A stretch of DNA of 64,000 nucleotides from Candidatus Latescibacterota bacterium (GCA_965237675.1 OZ250150.1:4608001-4672000), one strand, 5' to 3'; shown: positions 20,176 to 30,696, numbered from the stretch's first letter. The notes: generated by a model not told the origin, from the sequence alone. Made by a program: numbers and translations.

Positions 20176-21087
20176 CTACTTCCATTCGATCACCGCGGCG
20201 TTGATTCCGCCGCACAGAAGATAGAGCTTGTCCTCGTGAAATACCGGAAAGGGCCAGTGTCCGGACTCCAGCACACAACCCATGTCCTCGTACGGGCCCG
20301 TCACGTCCGATCCCTCCGAGAGCGCCCCAGAAAGCCCGCGGTCATCGTTGAACAGCATCATCCAGCGGTCCCACAGACGGACGAGGATCGACGCGAACGG
20401 CCCCCGGCTGCCCGGCATATTTCCGAGCAACGGTTTTTTCGACAGCCGCCAGTGGATCCCGTCCTCGCTCATCGCCAGACCGGCAACCGTCGTCACGCCG
20501 TTCGCCTGCGCGTTCCACCCGAGACCGTTCCCCTGAAACGTCCCGATGAACATCGGGCCGTCCTTGACCACCCGCACATAGCTCACGCTCTGACCGTACC
20601 AGTGGTTCTTACGGTTCGGATGCGTTGTCATTATGGGGAACACCTTCTGCTCAAAATGGATGCCGTCAGTTGAAGTCGCCAGCGCCGTCGGCTGCCTGCC
20701 GGTGGGGTGGACACCGTGGAAATACATGTAAACTTCCCCGTTATGCATGACGGCCGACGGAGAAGAGATGTGCTTCGTGAACGACGTCGCCGCGAGTTCC
20801 AGCACGGCTCTTCGCCACTTCCATGGTCCAAGCGGGTGCGCGGCCGTCGCGAGCCAGATTTCGGAGCCGTCGTGCGTCGCCACGTAGGCATAGTACGCGT
20901 CGATCGGATCCGGAAGTACACCCGCGGTCGGGATCACCGAGATGTACGTCGCGTCCTGTCCCGCGAACTCCTGTTCGTCCGTCGCCGCCAGCACCGGGTT
21001 TCCCTCGTACTGCACCGCCTTCGGAAGGTGGAACGACATCTGTCCCGCGGCGCTGGCCGCCGTGTACTGAAACGGAAAGGTCTTCAT
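20176..21087 (-). CDS. beta-propeller glycoside-hydrolase-like protein (GH32/43/130-like)
   Basis: YEGNPVL, SSPSAV, VYMYFHG, LATSTDGIHF, SEDGIHW. Confidence 0.7.
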   Translation of the reverse strand: MKTFPFQYTAASAAGQMSFHLPKAVQYEGNPVLAATDEQEFAGQDATYISVIPTAGVLPDPIDAYYAYVATHDGSEIWLATAAHPLGPWKWRRAVLELAATSFTKHISSPSAVMHNGEVYMYFHGVHPTGRQPTALATSTDGIHFEQKVFPIMTTHPNRKNHWYGQSVSYVRVVKDGPMFIGTFQGNGLGWNAQANGVTTVAGLAMSEDGIHWRLSKKPLLGNMPGSRGPFASILVRLWDRWMMLFNDDRGLSGALSEGSDVTGPYEDMGCVLESGHWPFPVFHEDKLYLLCGGINAAVIEWK

Positions 21088-21119
21088 CTTGTCTACCTCA
21101 CTGTATACGTTGTATACGC

Positions 21120-21773
21120 CTATCTGCCAGCAGTTCCATCCAATAGAAGGGCGTTGACCAGATCGTGAAAAGAATCGTAGATTTCACAGTCCGTGTCCCC
21201 AAACCGAAACCTGTCCTGGTGCCCTTGCAATACGACAATCGGACGGCAGCCCACGGCGCGTGCCACCTCCGCGTCATGGTCCGTGTCGCCTATGAATAGC
21301 GTCACGGATGGATCGAGATTGAAGTCGTCTATCAGATCGCGGCATCTCTGTTCTTTCGACGCAGCCAATCGATCGGAAAGCCCGTACACACCCTTGAAGT
21401 GTTCCTGAATTCCGTGAATACGCACCCATGAAACGACCATTTCTTCTTCGGCAGCCGACAAAACGAACTGATCTATTCCATGTTTTTCCAGGAAATCCAG
21501 CGCCTCCGCGATTCCTGGATTGAGTGAACACGATCCGATACCGGACTGGTACACTCTGTGGAATTCATCAGAAATGGCGCGTTGTTCTTCCGTGTCCAGG
21601 TCGAATCCCAGGTGACGATAGTAATCGGATACGGGAAAACGGAAGATCCGCTTATGTGTCGCTTTGTCGATGGTCGGGAGTTTTCTTCTGTGCAACAGTT
21701 CGTTCATTGAGCGTGTTGCAAGTTGCACGTCATCCAGAATGGTGCCGTTGAAGTCCCAAATGACTGATTTCAT
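21120..21773 (-). CDS. HAD family hydrolase
   Basis: WDFNGTILDD motif I; FIGDTDHD. Confidence 0.9.
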   Translation of the reverse strand: MKSVIWDFNGTILDDVQLATRSMNELLHRRKLPTIDKATHKRIFRFPVSDYYRHLGFDLDTEEQRAISDEFHRVYQSGIGSCSLNPGIAEALDFLEKHGIDQFVLSAAEEEMVVSWVRIHGIQEHFKGVYGLSDRLAASKEQRCRDLIDDFNLDPSVTLFIGDTDHDAEVARAVGCRPIVVLQGHQDRFRFGDTDCEIYDSFHDLVNALLLDGTAGR

Positions 21774-21926
21774 TGCACTCTTATAAAGTTCCCGCACCTA
21801 CGCGAAAAACACATCCGCTCATTGCATACAATCCCCGCCAGCCAACCTCACCAACGGGGATTTGCATACATAGCAAATTCGATTGTATTTAACCGAGTAA
21901 AGCGTCAGAACCTTTCACGTCAGGTG

Positions 21927-22145
21927 TCAGTCATCACCAACATCTTCAGAAAGCGCCGGTCTGTTTTCTCTGGTGACTCGAATCAGGAATCGCAATGCCG
22001 CGTTCACAGAATCAGCGTCTGAAAAAACCTCTGCAACGTCAGGCTCCAATCGGACGACGTGCCTGCCAAAGCTCTTTCGCCCAGAACCAACCTTCCTCAC
22101 CCGCAGGCTTTTCAAATCATACTCGGCCTGCAGTTCATCCTCCAT
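21927..22145 (-). CDS. BrnA-like antitoxin
   Basis: EYDL...VVRLEPDVAEVFSDADSVNAALRFLI. Confidence 0.75.
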   Translation of the reverse strand: MEDELQAEYDLKSLRVRKVGSGRKSFGRHVVRLEPDVAEVFSDADSVNAALRFLIRVTRENRPALSEDVGDD

Positions 22146-22152
22146 TGCCGCC

Positions 22153-22206
22153 TCACCCTTCTTCGAAAGATTCTCGCTCCTTGCGAGTTGCTTCCCTGGC
22201 GCCAAG
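22153..22206 (-). pseudogene. C-terminal remnant of a BrnT-like toxin
   Basis: Reads LGAREATRKERESFEEG-stop, 7 bp before the antitoxin start; resembles the BrnT ending ISARxATxxER. Confidence 0.6.
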
Positions 22207-22322
22207 CGCATCACCTGTTCCGCAGGACTCTCTTTACAATATAGCCGCGAATACTGATGGCTGCAAGGTCGATCTGCTCGACAGGCGTTGAGGTGCCATT
22301 CCTCGGCAACGCAGTCAAACCA

Positions 22323-22499
22323 TCAGCCGTCGGCTCGCGTCTCGGACCTTTTCTCCGGCATCGAAAAGATAAGCCTTTCTTGATGTTTTTTCTCTCTCTT
22401 GCGAAGTCGTTCTACAATCTGTCCCAAATCGTGGTTGCACTCTCTTTCGATCTGTCTTCGAATGGCAAGAATTTCCTCAACGATCGGATCCTTCCACAT
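22323..22499 (-). CDS. small hypothetical protein of a type usually found beside PIN-domain toxins
   Basis: MWKDPIVEEILAIRRQI; RBS AGGAG; no PIN gene adjacent. Confidence 0.55.
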   Translation of the reverse strand: MWKDPIVEEILAIRRQIERECNHDLGQIVERLRKREKKHQERLIFSMPEKRSETRADG

Positions 22500-22948
22500 G
22501 ATTACTCTCCTTCCGGAACCTCTCCTGCTCTCCACATTCCCTGAATGAGAGTTATTATCCACTCCGTCAATTCTTCGACGATTTTCACCTTCTGCCGAAC
22601 CATCCCTCACACGAAAGGGACAATTCCCGACTTAAACGACCACTCCGATCATTCAAAACTTCCACATCTCTGTAAACAAGGCCAATATAGATTACTGGCT
22701 CTTCCAGAGCAAGATTTTCGATCGTTCTGAAGCTCGAATCAACTGGAATGACGCCCCAAGAAGGGTGGATACTCTCCAGACCTGAAAGCCGCTCCTCCAC
22801 AGAGACGAACAGGGCGAAATCGCCTCCTTCAGAGTGGTCGTCCGGACGGCGACATCCATACCTTTCGATTCCATGTGTCCGACCATTGTCTTGCGAGGCG
22901 TCGGTGATAGAAGATATTTTACGAGCCTGAGATGCAATATTAATTCGC

Positions 22949-24235
22949 TTACTTTGTCAAGTTCTTGAGAACTTCAATACCTTTCTTCAGAATCGGATCT
23001 GCTGATTCGTTGTAGCCCTCCACAACTGGATCGATAAGCACAGAGGGAGTATATTCGCTTCTCGACGATCCCACGAATTCCCTCGACGCCGAATCACCCT
23101 TCAACGTTCCATTGAAGATCTTCTGTTTGGCACACTGAAATCCGAGTCCCGTATGGGGCATCCGCATCGTGTAGACCGAACCCTCCAATCCTGCCATCTT
23201 CGTTCCAACGACAGTCGCTCGATCGATCGCATCCAGGCTGATTGCCAGGCCCTCACCGGCGCTCCCGGTCCAGCGATTCACCAGAACGACGGTAGGCTGT
23301 TTGTACTGCCACTCACCTCTGGGTTTGACACGGCTCAGAAAGGGGGCTCCGTTTCGAGGCACGGTCTTCTGATAAACACGCTCCCGGTCGATCAGACGTC
23401 CGATAATCCCTTCAACAATCCCAGTGTTGCCGCCGCCGACTCTGCGCAGGTCAAGTATCAATCCCGAAGTGTCGCGCAACTCTTGCAGCGAGGAGTCGAA
23501 TTGTTCCAGGAGTCGACGGTCTACCAGGGTACCGTTGATGATCACGTAGCCAATTCGAGGATTGAGAATCCGGAAATCGAGTCTCGATCGGTGTTGGGAT
23601 CCATATGCAATATCAAACTGATCGGGCGGGATGGAGACTCGACTGATCTCGCCCCGGTGTCCGACTTCAATGGTCCTTGTCTGATTTCGACTTCCCGCCA
23701 GGACTTTCCTTAGCGTCCAACCCTCTATCGCCTCGTTGACCTGGACAAACGACCTGCCCGTCCGTTTTCGGACAGCGTCTTCTATCGGCATGCCATTAAA
23801 GCGAAGAATCTCCATCCCCGGACAAAGACCCGCGGCATCGGCGGGAAACCCCGGACGGATTCCCGTTATGATCGTTTTCCCGTCCTTCCATTCGGCCCAA
23901 ATGTCGGTCCGCGACGGGACGATGTTCGGAGAAGATGCCGTATGTGTTTTCAGATGAATGTGGTCATCGTACAGTTCCTCCAGGGCTCTCTCCAGCAACG
24001 CGATAAACTCCGATTTGGAGGCGATCGATCGGACTTGCGGCCGGTAGATTTCTCTGACTCGATTCCAGTCCGTCAGCTTTTCGTCAAAATAGGCATAGTC
24101 CGTCCTGAACGTCTCCCACAAAAAATCAAAGTCCTCTTCATATTGTTCCGCAGGCAGGTCGTTCTGTGCGAACGCGATGGAAAAGCTGAGGAAGTTTAAA
24201 GTCAGCAGAGCACAAAGGATCAATGCGAAAAGCAT
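22949..24235 (-). CDS. S41 family peptidase (secreted, PDZ-containing)
   Basis: Signal peptide, GLILDLR, TGSAGEG, VVGTKMAG. Confidence 0.9.
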   Translation of the reverse strand: MLFALILCALLTLNFLSFSIAFAQNDLPAEQYEEDFDFLWETFRTDYAYFDEKLTDWNRVREIYRPQVRSIASKSEFIALLERALEELYDDHIHLKTHTASSPNIVPSRTDIWAEWKDGKTIITGIRPGFPADAAGLCPGMEILRFNGMPIEDAVRKRTGRSFVQVNEAIEGWTLRKVLAGSRNQTRTIEVGHRGEISRVSIPPDQFDIAYGSQHRSRLDFRILNPRIGYVIINGTLVDRRLLEQFDSSLQELRDTSGLILDLRRVGGGNTGIVEGIIGRLIDRERVYQKTVPRNGAPFLSRVKPRGEWQYKQPTVVLVNRWTGSAGEGLAISLDAIDRATVVGTKMAGLEGSVYTMRMPHTGLGFQCAKQKIFNGTLKGDSASREFVGSSRSEYTPSVLIDPVVEGYNESADPILKKGIEVLKNLTK

Positions 24236-24277
24236 AGTATATAAGCCGGTGTTTCGGTGTGGTGGGTGAGTATGGTC

Positions 24278-24742
24278 TTAACCTGATTAATTCATGAATT
24301 GTCACGGATAGCGGTATCAGGAAGCAGAAACAGCTTCCGAGTGAATCGAGAAAGTGAAGTCGGCGCGTGGTTTTCGGGCTGACATGTTAGAAGAAGAACG
24401 ACAGCTCTGGCGAGACCTGCGAGACCTACCCCCTAACCCCCTTCCTGAGAGGAAGGGGGAACCGTTGGATTGGCTGAAGACGTTTCCATTGTTGAAAAAA
24501 TCCCGGCGAAATATTGTAATAGGTCAGCGTGTTGCGATCGAGAAAGTGACGAGATGACATTCTCCGATCAATCAGAGCGTAAAAAAACAGTATTTACGCA
24601 ACGCTTGGTTCAACTCCCCCTCTCCTCGCAGGAGACGGGGCCAGGGGGAGAGGTCCTCACTAAAGACTCGCGAAAAGGATTCTGTGATGATTATCTTGAG
24701 CCTCCACGCCAGGTTGCTCCAGGTTCATTGTTATAAGGTTAA
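24278..24742. mobile_element. TTAA-flanked MITE-like element carrying REP-like hairpins
   Basis: Ends TTAACCTGATTAA ... TTATAAGGTTAA (imperfect TIR); first 31 bp and an internal hairpin recur at 63518 and 63656. Confidence 0.6.
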
Positions 24743-24948
24743 TTAAGTAACCAGAATACAATGACTTGAGCAAGGAGCCTTCCTTTTGTGTGAATTAAAG
24801 AGGTTTTTTGGCTGAAAATCGTCAAGCCACGTCGCCGTATTCGGCTCTTTCAGTGCCCGATACAGCGGGTGGTTGACAAGCCCGAATTCCAAGGGGGCGC
24901 AGAACGAAGATGATCGTTGGACGACCCGGCGAAGGTGCCACGACCGGG

Positions 24949-25494
24949 TCAGTTCAGGAGTATTGTGTCCCGGACCCGAAGGATTTCGCATTCCGTGAAC
25001 ATACCTTCTTGGTACGTCAATCTTACACCTTCGCAATAGTTGCACGAAGGCCCCCAGACTCCATGGTCCGCATCGGGAAGGCAACCGACCGCACTGGCTT
25101 CGACAAAACCTCCGTGAGAGATTACGAGAGCCCGGCCGCCGTCCGGGAGCGACCGGGCGACGTCGCGGTGGAATTCAGCCAGTTCTCTGGCGAAGTTGGC
25201 GACGACGCTATCCGGATGTTGACGAATATAGGCAGAGTATCCGCCAAAGCCAGCGTCGAAAGGTATCTCCACGTCCGAAGGCATGGACGCCAGCAGTTCA
25301 AACTGACGGTCGACGGCAAATCCCATGGCAATGCTCGTCTCGAACGCGCGCGGGACAGGACTGGTATAAACCTTGTCGAATCTCGCCATTCCCGCGCCAA
25401 CCCGCCTGGCAAGGTCAACGCCGGCCTGCGAGAGATGCTGACCGGGTTTCGTTCTCATGGAGTGTCGTCGATGCTCAATGAATCTGGCGGGCAT
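24949..25494 (-). CDS. histidine phosphatase family protein
   Basis: RRHS, TSPVPRAFET, VISHGG. Confidence 0.85.
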   Translation of the reverse strand: MPARFIEHRRHSMRTKPGQHLSQAGVDLARRVGAGMARFDKVYTSPVPRAFETSIAMGFAVDRQFELLASMPSDVEIPFDAGFGGYSAYIRQHPDSVVANFARELAEFHRDVARSLPDGGRALVISHGGFVEASAVGCLPDADHGVWGPSCNYCEGVRLTYQEGMFTECEILRVRDTILLN

Positions 25495-25629
25495 TCGCGG
25501 AACCTTGTTAGGAGACTGTTCTGTCGTCTGCGTCGCGCGGCGATTCAGCGCACTCGTACCTCGATGGGCTTGCGCGAGGATTGGCCGGGAGCCCATCCGG
25601 GTGTGTTTTACGTAGTCGAAACGAACGCG

Positions 25630-26373
25630 TTACGTGACCGTGAAGATAGCGTCAGGCAACTCAGATAGGGATCCGATGGTGAGATCAAAATGGTCCGATC
25701 CCGCGCCGCCCACCTTGACCGTCTTTGCGCCAAGCTTCCTGGCGGCCAGAAGCGGGCTGTCGTCATCATCCACAACGATTGAAACTTCCGGCAAGGCCCC
25801 GACCTCCTTCAGAATCCTGGCGTGGAAAGTTCTGTGCCCCTTGTGATAGCCGACCAAATCAGATCCGAAGGGTTTACCTATCAGTTCACGAACACCCATT
25901 CCGGACAGCAAGGTCTCTACGACCCAGGAGGGATTGCCCGATGCGGTATGGATTTCGAAGTTTTTCGCCAGGGCCTTGATGGCCGCTCCGGATCCCGGAA
26001 AAACCGCATTGGTGTTCAGATACACGTTGGTGAGTGCGCGTTCGGCAGCGTCTACACGCTCCTCGAAAGTGCACGGCGCCTCGACTCCAACTTCATCACA
26101 CAGTTGCAAGACCCACTCGGCATGGAGACGGTCCCACCATCGGGAAAGATTCAGTCTTCGCAATCCCAATTCCTCCCTGTACTCTTCGTTTCCGTTATTC
26201 CAGACCCTCAGCCATAGCCTTTCCTGATGCTCAGCCCAGATATCGGTGTCTCCACCCAGCAGTTCGCTGAACGCGGCGCCGGCTAGCCTGCTGCTCTCCG
26301 ATTCCCATTTGGCGTTATCGAGGATCACCCCGTCAACATCCAGAAAGAGAAACCTGAGATCGTCCTGGCTCAT
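25630..26373 (-). CDS. HAD family hydrolase
   Basis: LDVDGVILD; VVDDD. Confidence 0.85.
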   Translation of the reverse strand: MSQDDLRFLFLDVDGVILDNAKWESESSRLAGAAFSELLGGDTDIWAEHQERLWLRVWNNGNEEYREELGLRRLNLSRWWDRLHAEWVLQLCDEVGVEAPCTFEERVDAAERALTNVYLNTNAVFPGSGAAIKALAKNFEIHTASGNPSWVVETLLSGMGVRELIGKPFGSDLVGYHKGHRTFHARILKEVGALPEVSIVVDDDDSPLLAARKLGAKTVKVGGAGSDHFDLTIGSLSELPDAIFTVT

Positions 26374-26438
26374 TTTATCTCTCGTTTCGCATCGAAGGCA
26401 CGAAGCAGTATGGTCATCACCAACGCGTCTAACACCAA

Positions 26439-27308
26439 TCAGCCCGCTTTCCGGAAAAACGCCATCAGATCTTTACGCACCCGCGCGCTTCTGTGGACAA
26501 CGCTGTGAGGTTCTTCCGGATACATCCGGAATTCGGCGCCGGGGATCTTCGTTGCCAGATCCTTGCCCCAATCCACGGGAACTTCCCGGTCCCTGGCTCC
26601 GTGAACCACAAGGGTGGGCGCCTTTATACGACCGCATTCGACAGTTAAATCTCTGTCAAGGTACGCGTCAATCGATCTCAACTGGGTCCCGTACCACTCA
26701 ATGCGTTCCTGGAAGCTGGAATTGGCCACAAGCTTTTTAACTCGCTCCTCGTATTCCGCCAGCGTTCCACGCTCCTCCATCTCGTCGCGTTCCCAGAGAA
26801 CGTCGAGAGAAAGTTCGACACCTTCCGGCCGGCACTTCCACGCCGATGCAGCACCCTGTTTATAAAGGATTTCCAACTGTCTCTTGACGATCCGGGTAAC
26901 AGGGTCGTCGTCTGGCCAGAGATGCGCCGCGGTCCCGGCCAATACGAGTGTATTGACTCGCTCGGGATACATCGTTGCAAACAGGATTGCAATCGGACCC
27001 CCGGCGGAGGAACCGATGACGTGCACGCTTTCGATATCGAGGTGGTCCAGCAGTTCGGCCAGGTCACGCGCCTGGTTCTCCAGGTCGTAACCGGACTCCG
27101 GACGAGCAGACAGCCAACAGCCCCGGCGATCGGACATTACAAAGCGGAATTCCGATGTGAAATCCATCTCCCAACCCCACCCACCGCTCGAATCGGCGCG
27201 GAGATGCATGTCGAGAGAGGGAAATCCTCCGTGGATGAACACGATGACCTCGCCGTCCCCGCGGACGTCGTAGAACATCCTGAAACCGTTTATTGTAGCA
27301 TATGGCAT
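26439..27308 (-). CDS. alpha/beta fold hydrolase
   Basis: IHGG, DRRGC, GSSAGG nucleophile elbow, HGARD, PH. Confidence 0.9.
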   Translation of the reverse strand: MPYATINGFRMFYDVRGDGEVIVFIHGGFPSLDMHLRADSSGGWGWEMDFTSEFRFVMSDRRGCWLSARPESGYDLENQARDLAELLDHLDIESVHVIGSSAGGPIAILFATMYPERVNTLVLAGTAAHLWPDDDPVTRIVKRQLEILYKQGAASAWKCRPEGVELSLDVLWERDEMEERGTLAEYEERVKKLVANSSFQERIEWYGTQLRSIDAYLDRDLTVECGRIKAPTLVVHGARDREVPVDWGKDLATKIPGAEFRMYPEEPHSVVHRSARVRKDLMAFFRKAG

Positions 27309-27327
27309 GATCGTTCTCGCGATACCT

Positions 27328-27732
27328 TCACGACCTCCTGGTTTTCAGATGCCCGATGATCTTTCGATCCGCCTCGAATGCCATGTCCGCCGGCGGCTGC
27401 CCAAGAGGAAACAGCTCGACTTGAGCGGCATCGTCTCCGGCAACGAAGTCGCCCCCTTTTTCCTTGACCAGGAAATAGACGCCAACGACGCTTCGCTCAG
27501 GCGAGTGATGTGTCGAGACCACGTCCACGACGTCACCTGCTTCCACGTCCAGGCCCGTCTCTTCCTTGATCTCGCGTTGTACGGCCGTTCGAACGTCCTC
27601 GCCAACCTCGACGTTACCGCAAGGGATACACCATTTGCCCCTGTATGCCCCGTATTTCCGGCGAATCAGAACGATTCGATTGCCTCTGAGAATCACCCCG
27701 GCGACGCCCGCTTTCACGAAATGCGATGACAT
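27328..27732 (-). CDS. NUDIX hydrolase
   Basis: GNVEVGEDVRTAVQREIKEETGL Nudix box; GDDA. Confidence 0.9.
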   Translation of the reverse strand: MSSHFVKAGVAGVILRGNRIVLIRRKYGAYRGKWCIPCGNVEVGEDVRTAVQREIKEETGLDVEAGDVVDVVSTHHSPERSVVGVYFLVKEKGGDFVAGDDAAQVELFPLGQPPADMAFEADRKIIGHLKTRRS

Positions 27733-27982
27733 CGATGAACGCTCCCGCGTATATTCGCCATTGGACCAGTAACGGTCTCCAATTCGCATTTCTTATGTGT
27801 CGTTATTGTGGGGAGCACCTTATCGTTTACATCATCCTCATCTGTAGCGGAGGAAAAGTGTCAACCATTTGCCGCTCCTGGTATTGTGCAAGAGGCATAC
27901 CTGGACATTCAGGGTCCCGACTCAGCATTGGCCGGAAAATCCGTTTACGGCTCAATGACGGTCGTTGGCTGCGTTGGCTGTG

Positions 27983-28230
27983 CTAAGCCTGTCGAAGCAA
28001 GCCTGTCGAGGGACGGTATAATATCTCCCCTCCCCACGCCGGGGAGGGGCCGGGGGAGGGGTCGCCATCCGGGTGCGAGCCTGACCCGATCTGCACGCTG
28101 CTTGCGCTGTGTTCGTTGAGCTTGTCGAAACGGCCCGTCGAAGCGCGTTCATTGAGCTTGTCGAAATGCGCGTTTCGTTACCCTTCGACAGCCCTTCGGC
28201 AAGCTCAGAGCGCCGACTCAGGGCATTGAT
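27983..28230. repeat. cluster of REP-like palindromes
   Basis: GAGCTTGTCGAA-type units in both orientations plus a CCCCTCCCC...GGGGAGGGG hairpin. Confidence 0.7.
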
Positions 28231-28361
28231 GCGATACCCGTCCGTAGCGCTCGAAGATCTCCACCGCAACACTCCTGTCAAGTCCTGCCGTAGCCGGGAC
28301 CGCTCGTGGCGGATGACCCGATTCGGGGCCTGATTCGGCGGGTCGGTCGGGCACGCGGGCA

Positions 28362-29453
28362 TCAGAAGTGGTCGGGCGCCCAGAAAATGACCTCGCGGCG
28401 GGGGAACCACTCCTCCAGTTGACGAACTTCCCCGGCCTCCAGCGAGATCCCGCGGGCGCGAAGGATGGATTCCAAATCGCGGCCGGAGGACTCGCCGAAC
28501 AGGAGCCGACACGTCAGATCGGCCGGCAGCCTTGGCGCCAACTCCGCCGCTTCGGGCACGGCCCTGGCGATCAGCGAACCGGGGTCGAAGGGCAGGGCCA
28601 TCATCGAGTTGTTGCCAGTGAGTCTCAGATCGGCGTCAGCAGCAGCAACCAGTGCGTCGACAAACGGGTGGCCGTGGGGGATCTCGCCCTGGATCTGCAT
28701 CACCCCGGCCTCTGCGCACTCGTCGAGCAGGAACTGCACAAGGGCATCAAGGGCCGGGCCGCTCTCGAAAGCGACCTCATACACCCTGGCGCCGTCGTCA
28801 CCTCTCTCCCAGTTGATATACCCGCAGAGTCCCACGGGGCCACGGACGACGGTAGTGGGCAGCACGCCCCGCACACGGGAGGGTGCGTAGTCCCAGTACG
28901 GACGCGGACGCAACATGCTACCGCTGCGACCGGCGTTGTGACGCTGATAGAGCGCTACCGTCTCCTTCAGGTCGCGGCTCTCGTCGAAAGGCAGGACCTC
29001 AAGCGCGGACCGCCCCGGCTGCGGAGGACGGCGCAACTCTGCGTGAAAACCCATCAGCGGCACGCAACACCAGCCGAGGCGCCGGTAGAAGCGTGCCGGG
29101 ATCCCTGTGGACAGCAGACCCAGGTCGTAGGCATCGTCGCGCATGTACTCCGCCGCGTGCTCCATCAGCCGCGTGGCGATGCCGCGTTCCCGGTAGTCGG
29201 GATGAGTGGTGACGCCGCCGATGCCGCCCATGCGGACGGGCGTGGCGCCAACGTGGACCCGGCGGTCCCAGATGCGCAGCGTCGATACAATCCGGCTTCC
29301 GACAACGACAACGGGTGTGTGTGACGGGCTCCAGGTCGGATCGCCTTCGATGTAGCCTCGGTAGCGCTCGCGGCCCCGGGGGTTGTGCACTGCGCAGAGC
29401 AGGTCGAGGAGTTCTTCGAGTTCCGACTCGCGGATGGGGCGAATCTCTTCCAT
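28362..29453 (-). CDS. Eis-like GNAT acetyltransferase
   Basis: GGIGGVTTHPDYRERGIA, FYRRLGW, second GNAT-like domain. Confidence 0.85.
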   Translation of the reverse strand: MEEIRPIRESELEELLDLLCAVHNPRGRERYRGYIEGDPTWSPSHTPVVVVGSRIVSTLRIWDRRVHVGATPVRMGGIGGVTTHPDYRERGIATRLMEHAAEYMRDDAYDLGLLSTGIPARFYRRLGWCCVPLMGFHAELRRPPQPGRSALEVLPFDESRDLKETVALYQRHNAGRSGSMLRPRPYWDYAPSRVRGVLPTTVVRGPVGLCGYINWERGDDGARVYEVAFESGPALDALVQFLLDECAEAGVMQIQGEIPHGHPFVDALVAAADADLRLTGNNSMMALPFDPGSLIARAVPEAAELAPRLPADLTCRLLFGESSGRDLESILRARGISLEAGEVRQLEEWFPRREVIFWAPDHF

Positions 29454-29505
29454 AGTATCCTTTTTAAACCAACGAGCGCAGCCGCCGCAGCGCGGCGCCC
29501 TGCTG

Positions 29506-29697
29506 TCACCCGTCGATTGTCAGCGACAATCCGTCAAATGCGATTCTGTCCCCATGTGCGGCGGCAAACCTGTCCAATTCATCGTGATTCAGGTATCCTT
29601 CGTGCGAAATGTGGGTCGCGTAAGCGTGTGCGCGGCTGATGTGCCAAGAAACGTGACTTGCATCACTTAACCAGTTTTCGTTGTCGTGCAAGAGCAA
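29506..29697 (-). pseudogene. C-terminal remnant of a PhnP-like MBL-fold hydrolase
   Basis: YATHISHE...IAFDGLSL resembles the PhnP C-terminus. Confidence 0.45.
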
Positions 29698-29733
29698 TGC
29701 TTACCCAGTCTCCGTCGTGGCGCATGGCAAGGC

Positions 29734-30636
29734 TTACCCCAGATGCTCCGTCCGCAGTTGCCGCGACCACTCAAAGTACTCGTCCAGTCGCACCAACTCG
29801 AACTCATCGACGATATCGGCTGCGGTGCGGTCCGCAGCCTCGCTGTAGATCACCGAAGTGCCCACCTCCCCGGTCGTGACAATGCGAACGGCCTCGCCGT
29901 ATTGCCGATGTATATCGTCGAACCTGGCCCGATTCTTGTCGAGATGCACCACTTCAAAGTCAAGATTGATGCGTGCCGTGGCCCAGCTCTGATAGTTATT
30001 GCTCTGAGCCAGGGTGGTCCCCTGCGGATCGATAATGGTGCAGGGCGTCCCCCTATACACCGAGCCGACGAAATAAGCCTGCACATCCAATGCCCAGAAA
30101 TTCTGCACGAGCCCACCGTGGTACATGGAACTGAAGAGCAGTAATTTGGGCTTGAGCTTTTTGTACTGGGCCCGCAATTCCCCGAAGTTCAGATCGAAAC
30201 AGATCACACCGCCCACCGGCCCGAATTCGGTCCGGATCAGGGACGCGCCCGGACCGGGGCGGGTGCCGTGGTCGAACTCCGGGTACACTGGAATGTACTT
30301 GCGGTAGACACCGGCCAGTTCACCCTGCCGATCGAGCAGCCCGAGGACATTGAAGACCGCCCCGCTCTTGCGCTCCTTCTCATGCACTGGGACGGTGATA
30401 TAGCAGCTATACTCCCGGGCCAGGCCGGCCAGCAGCTGAGTTGTAGGCCCCTCGGGCACGTCCTCGTCGCAGTTCCGGCAGATGGTCTCGGGCAGGACGA
30501 TCAGATCGGGCGTGGTGGCTCGGGCGACCTGCCCCACCAGGTCCTCCAGGTCCTTGTGGGTCTGCTTCATCACCGCCTCGTCCTCTCCGCTGATCGGGGC
30601 GTAGGAAATGCTCGATACGACGATATAATTGCTCAT
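29734..30636 (-). CDS. carbon-nitrogen hydrolase (nitrilase superfamily)
   Basis: E-K-C triad: VLPE, YRK, ICFD. Confidence 0.9.
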   Translation of the reverse strand: MSNYIVVSSISYAPISGEDEAVMKQTHKDLEDLVGQVARATTPDLIVLPETICRNCDEDVPEGPTTQLLAGLAREYSCYITVPVHEKERKSGAVFNVLGLLDRQGELAGVYRKYIPVYPEFDHGTRPGPGASLIRTEFGPVGGVICFDLNFGELRAQYKKLKPKLLLFSSMYHGGLVQNFWALDVQAYFVGSVYRGTPCTIIDPQGTTLAQSNNYQSWATARINLDFEVVHLDKNRARFDDIHRQYGEAVRIVTTGEVGTSVIYSEAADRTAADIVDEFELVRLDEYFEWSRQLRTEHLG

Positions 30637-30696
30637 GGTTTAGCCCTTTCGAAAGTCGATTCGTGATTTCAATGCCCTGCTCCGCCAGGGGGATCT

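Noticed and set aside
24910-25668. 252-aa plus-strand ORF (also 28368..29324 and 52246..52995)
   Set aside because: Antisense to well-supported minus-strand genes
27952-28512. ORFs spanning REP clusters (also 62474..62856 and 63568..63975)
   Set aside because: They translate repeat DNA (PFDSPS, LSKG, VELVE motifs) and are not credible proteins
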